64,000 nucleotides of DNA from an uncultured Gemmatimonadales bacterium (GTDB lineage: Bacteria; Gemmatimonadota; Gemmatimonadetes; Longimicrobiales; Longimicrobiaceae), in NCBI GenBank assembly GCA_963716255.1, contig OY970303.1, forward strand, positions 672,001 to 736,000, given 5' to 3'. Within the stretch, counting starts at the first letter, position 1, and each line of letters begins with the position of its first letter. Below the pieces are notes generated by a model. That model worked only from the letters and a program-made list of their open reading frames with translations. It searched no databases and was not told where the DNA came from. The translations under genes were made by a program, and so were the position numbers. Of this stretch, positions 60,449-64,000 are shown in pieces.

Positions 60449-60975
60449 GGATCGCTCGCGGGGACGAAGGTGAGCGAGGTGTCGCCGTAGCGGCGGGTGC
60501 GGGCGCCGGGGAGATCGGGGACGTCGTCGCCGCGCCCGTGCTCCACGCACAGCAGCGCGGCGAAGGGGACACGCGCGAAGCGCTCCAGCAGCGCGGCGGC
60601 ATGGCCCTGCCCGTACGGCGGGTCGGCGAAGGCAAGGTCGAAGGCGCCGGCCTCCAGGGCGTCCACGTAGCGGACGGCGTCCACGCGGACCACCTCGGCG
60701 CGCGGGCCGGCGCCCAGCGCGTCCAGGTTTTCGCGCAGCGCGCGGAGCGCGGGCGCGGCGTTCTCCACGAACACGGCGCGCTCCGCCCCGCGCGACAGCG
60801 CCTCCAGCCCCAGCGCGCCGGAGCCGGCGAACAGGTCCAGCACTCTCGCCCCGGGGATCTCGTCCGCCACCGCGCTCATCCAGGCCTCGCGGACGCGGTC
60901 GGTGGTGGGCCGGGTGGCCCGCCCCGGCGGCGCGGCGATGCGCCGCCCGCCCCACTCCCCCGCGACGATGCGCAC
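60445..60975 (-). CDS. rsmD: 16S rRNA m2G966 methyltransferase
   Basis: [24 protein letters not shown]. Confidence 0.95.
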   Translation of the reverse strand: MRIVAGEWGGRRIAAPPGRATRPTTDRVREAWMSAVADEIPGARVLDLFAGSGALGLEALSRGAERAVFVENAAPALRALRENLDALGAGPRAEVVRVDAVRYVDALEAGAFDLAFADPPYGQGHAAALLERFARVPFAALLCVEHGRGDDVPDLPGARTRRYGDTSLTFVPASDP

Positions 60976-60976
60976 C

Positions 60977-62428
60977 CTACCAGCGCCAGCGGTAGGTGTA
61001 CGTCACCACGACCTCGCCGCCCTGCGGCACGGTCAGCGGGAACTCCACGGTGGTGGCGTCCTTCTTTTCCGAGCGGTGGCTGCTGCGCAGGATCTCCCAG
61101 TCGCCCTGCAGGTGCTCCACCACGGAGACCTGGGCAGGCCCTTCCTTGTGGTTGCGGATGGTGACCTGCACCGTCTGCTCCTGTACCCGCTCGGAGACCT
61201 GCCGGGTGTCCATGACCCTGCGCTCGCCCACCACGTCGAAGGCGTCGCCGATGTACAGGCGCACCGTCTCGCCCTGCGGGGTGTGGTCCACCAGGTCCTC
61301 GCCGATGAACTGCAGGTTGCCGGTGCGGTCGCCCTTGTAGACGCGCACCTTGCCCCTGGGCAGCGGCATCCCCATGCGGTTCTCGCGCGTGTTCCGCACT
61401 TCCAGCACGATCCCCAGCTTGTCGCCCGTGGTGCTGGTGCCGTCGCCGGGGCGCCGCGCGCGCGAGGCCCACCAGGGCGCGGCCACGTCGAAGACCAGCC
61501 GCCGCGTCACCCCCACGTCGGTGGCGGCAAGCAGGCTCATCTGCTTGGTCTCGTTGTTGGCGACGGTGGTGGTGCCGTCCAGCGTGTACAGGTGGTACTC
61601 GAAGAACGCTTCCTGCGCGAAGGCGGGCTGCGGCGGGGCCGCCATGGGAACGCGCGACCGCGCCTGGACCTCCGCCGCGGCGTAGCCCTCGGCGATGCGG
61701 CGCACGTCGCCGGCCATGAGCTGGAGCCGCGCGTCGCGGTAGGCGGCGCCGCTGCGGTTGTCGAGCGTCACCCAGCCGGTGAGGTCCACGCGGCTCTCGT
61801 CGTCGCGCACCACGGCCACGTAGTCGGCCTTCCAGGAGATGCCGTTGGCGATGTAGGACACCTGGGTGTCGTGCTCGCCGGCCTGCGTCGCGTCCAGCGT
61901 CCACAGCAGCGAGGGGCGCGACACCAGCCCGGCCGCTACGTCCCCCACCTCCACCGTGCCGTACGGGTTGAGCACGAAGCGCCCGTCCGCGGTCCTCACC
62001 ACCACGCCGCCGGACGAGGGCGGGCTGAGCAGCGTCCCCTCCACGACGACGCGGCGGACGCCCCGGTCGTCCAGCGACACGTAGCGCACCGTCTTCCCCA
62101 CGGACTTTTCCAGCAGCGCGTTGGGGCTGACCAGGTCGAACTGGTAGTTCTGTTCGCGGACGGCGACTGCGCCGGGCGCGGTGAGCGAGCGGATGGCGAT
62201 GGAGGTGGGGTCGATCTGCTGCGCGACGCCCTCGTAGCGCACCAGGTTGCGCCCGGCCCGCAGCGGGATGAGCCGCTGCTCGCGCACCACGGCGAAGTTG
62301 CCGTTGTACACGGTGAGCGACACGCCGCGCGTGGCCTCCGGCCCGGAAACGACCGGCTCCTGTGCGGCGGCGGCGAGCGGCGCGGCAGAGAGGAGCAGCG
62401 CCGCGAGCGTACGAAGGGATGCTTTCAT
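60977..62428 (-). CDS. Secreted DUF4139-type protein
   Basis: Signal peptide; LTVYNGNFAVVRE, SWKADY, EYHLY, GMPLP.G.VRVY. Confidence 0.75.
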   Translation of the reverse strand: MKASLRTLAALLLSAAPLAAAAQEPVVSGPEATRGVSLTVYNGNFAVVREQRLIPLRAGRNLVRYEGVAQQIDPTSIAIRSLTAPGAVAVREQNYQFDLVSPNALLEKSVGKTVRYVSLDDRGVRRVVVEGTLLSPPSSGGVVVRTADGRFVLNPYGTVEVGDVAAGLVSRPSLLWTLDATQAGEHDTQVSYIANGISWKADYVAVVRDDESRVDLTGWVTLDNRSGAAYRDARLQLMAGDVRRIAEGYAAAEVQARSRVPMAAPPQPAFAQEAFFEYHLYTLDGTTTVANNETKQMSLLAATDVGVTRRLVFDVAAPWWASRARRPGDGTSTTGDKLGIVLEVRNTRENRMGMPLPRGKVRVYKGDRTGNLQFIGEDLVDHTPQGETVRLYIGDAFDVVGERRVMDTRQVSERVQEQTVQVTIRNHKEGPAQVSVVEHLQGDWEILRSSHRSEKKDATTVEFPLTVPQGGEVVVTYTYRWRW

Positions 62429-62539
62429 GGGCGAGGACGGGAAAAGGGCGATCCGGATCTCGCCGCCGGCAGCGGAAGCTGCGGTGCGGCGCCTGTGCGA
62501 TGGAAGACGAGCGAAGAGCCCGATCCTGCACAGGTGCCG

Positions 62540-62671
62540 CCCGCGTGAGGGATTTCGGCCCGGAGGGGCGAGACCCGCGGGCAGTTTCGCGGGGCTCGAC
62601 TCCGTTGCAGACGGTCGTTTCGTCTGCTACGGAGCCGAAGCCCGACCCCGGCGCCCGCCGGGGGCACGCCC
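62540..62671 (+). repeat. Structured repeat family B copy 6
   Basis: Same conserved blocks, located just after the recJ stop. Confidence 0.93.
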
Positions 62672-62693
62672 GACCCCGCCGTCACCGAGCCGT

Positions 62694-64000
62694 TCAGGAA
62701 GCCGTGGAAGGCCGCAGGTCCACGAGCTTGGCCTGCAGCCGCGACCGCCCGTTCCAGGTGTTCTCCTCCAGCTTGAACGCCACGTCCAGCGGCCCGCGCG
62801 CGAAACCCGGGTCGCCCAGCCGGTCGCCCATGCCGAAGCCGATGGCGTCCAGGGAAGTCCCCCCGGAGGAGAGCGTCATCTTGAGGTGGTTCTGCCCCAC
62901 GACCTTGGGGTAGCCCGAAACGCCGACGCCGCGCGCCGCGAACACCGGCGTGGGGTTGCCCATCCCGAACGGCCCGGCGTGGCGCAGCATGCGGAACAGC
63001 TCGTCGCCGGCCTCGGGGAGCCGCAGTTCCAGGTCGATGCGCACCTCGGGGACCAGGTCGTCCTCGGTGAGCACGGCGCGGGCGCGGGCGTTGAAGGCGG
63101 CGCGGAAGCCGTCCACCCGGTCGCGCAGGATGGAGCACCCGGCGGCGAAGCGGTGCCCGCCGAAGCGCGCCAGGTGGTCGGCGCAGTCGCGCATGGCCTC
63201 GTACAGGTGGAAGCCGCGGATGGAGCGCGCGCTCCCCTTCCCCTCCCCGGCGGCGTCCAGCGCGATGAGCACGGTGGGCCGGTGGATGCGCTCCACCACC
63301 CGCGACGCCACGATGCCGATGACGCCCGGGTGCCACCCGTCGGAGGCGAGCACCACGCCCCAGTCGCGCTCCGGGTCGTACACCCGGTCCAGAGTGCGCA
63401 TCACCTCGCCCAGCGTCTGGCCGTCCACCGCCTGGCGCGTGCGGTTCTCGGTCTCCAGCAGCGCGGCGATCTCCTCGGCCTCGGCGGGGTCGTCGGTCAG
63501 CAGCAGGTCCACGCCGCGCAGCGCCTCGCTCATGCGCCCCACGGCGTTGATGCGCGGCGCCAGCACGTAGCCCACCTGCGAGGCGGTGATCTCGCCGCGG
63601 TCGGCGAGCCCGCAGCCGCGCAGCAGGGCGCGGAGCCCCGGGTTGGGGGTCCGGGGGAGCACCTTGAGCCCCCAGCGCACCAGCGCCCGGTTCTCGCCGG
63701 AGAGCGGTGCCAGGTCGGCGATGGTGGCGACGGCCACCAGGTCCAAAAAGACGTGCAGCCGCTCCTGCGGGTAGCCGATCTCGGCGGCGAGGGCGCAGCA
63801 CACCTTGTAGGCGACGCCCACGCCGGCGAGCCCCTTGTCCGGGTAGCCGCAGTCGGCGCGGTTGGGGTTGACCACCGCGACGCAGTCGGGGAGGGTGGCC
63901 CCGGGGGTGTGGTGATCGGTGACCACCACGTCGATCCCGGCGCGCCGCGCCCGCAGCACGGCGTCGTGGGCGACGATGCCGCAGTCGCCGGTGAGGATCA
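62694..64000 (-). CDS. recJ: ssDNA exonuclease RecJ (5' end outside window)
   Basis: DCG, TDHH, PRINAVGR, GSARS, GGH..AAG, PFGMGNP. Confidence 0.96.
   Translation of the reverse strand, partial: ILTGDCGIVAHDAVLRARRAGIDVVVTDHHTPGATLPDCVAVVNPNRADCGYPDKGLAGVGVAYKVCCALAAEIGYPQERLHVFLDLVAVATIADLAPLSGENRALVRWGLKVLPRTPNPGLRALLRGCGLADRGEITASQVGYVLAPRINAVGRMSEALRGVDLLLTDDPAEAEEIAALLETENRTRQAVDGQTLGEVMRTLDRVYDPERDWGVVLASDGWHPGVIGIVASRVVERIHRPTVLIALDAAGEGKGSARSIRGFHLYEAMRDCADHLARFGGHRFAAGCSILRDRVDGFRAAFNARARAVLTEDDLVPEVRIDLELRLPEAGDELFRMLRHAGPFGMGNPTPVFAARGVGVSGYPKVVGQNHLKMTLSSGGTSLDAIGFGMGDRLGDPGFARGPLDVAFKLEENTWNGRSRLQAKLVDLRPSTAS

Overview
Very GC-rich (roughly 70-75% by eye) bacterial chromosome segment. 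The gene content and order suggest Gemmatimonadota, possibly Longimicrobium-like; this is an inference. Most of the window is housekeeping genes on the minus strand: S41 protease, tmk, a hybrid kinase, alr, recG, ftsY, hisA, the dcw cluster (mraZ-rsmH-ftsL-ftsI-murE-murF-mraY-murD-ftsW-murG-murC-ftsQ-ftsA-ftsZ) with MraZ boxes, an acyl-CoA/amino-acid catabolic block, arcA, rex with a perfect Rex operator, rsmA, an RsbV/W/U-type partner-switching module, pta, coaD, rsmD and recJ. A small variable region lies at about 34.8-44.9 kb. No rRNA, tRNA, CRISPR, transposase or integrase was recognised. The most striking unexplained signal is non-coding: two families of dispersed structured repeats (A, 3 copies; B, 6 copies) share one hairpin module, GAGAC-stem-GGCWGTWT-stem'-GGCTC. 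The module occurs 15 times, with freely co-varying stems but a conserved loop and a conserved A.G mismatch. A heptamer-based short repeat family and a rod-like palindrome are also present. Many long ORFs in the supplied track are GC-rich shadow frames, so several starts below were re-called from the sequence.
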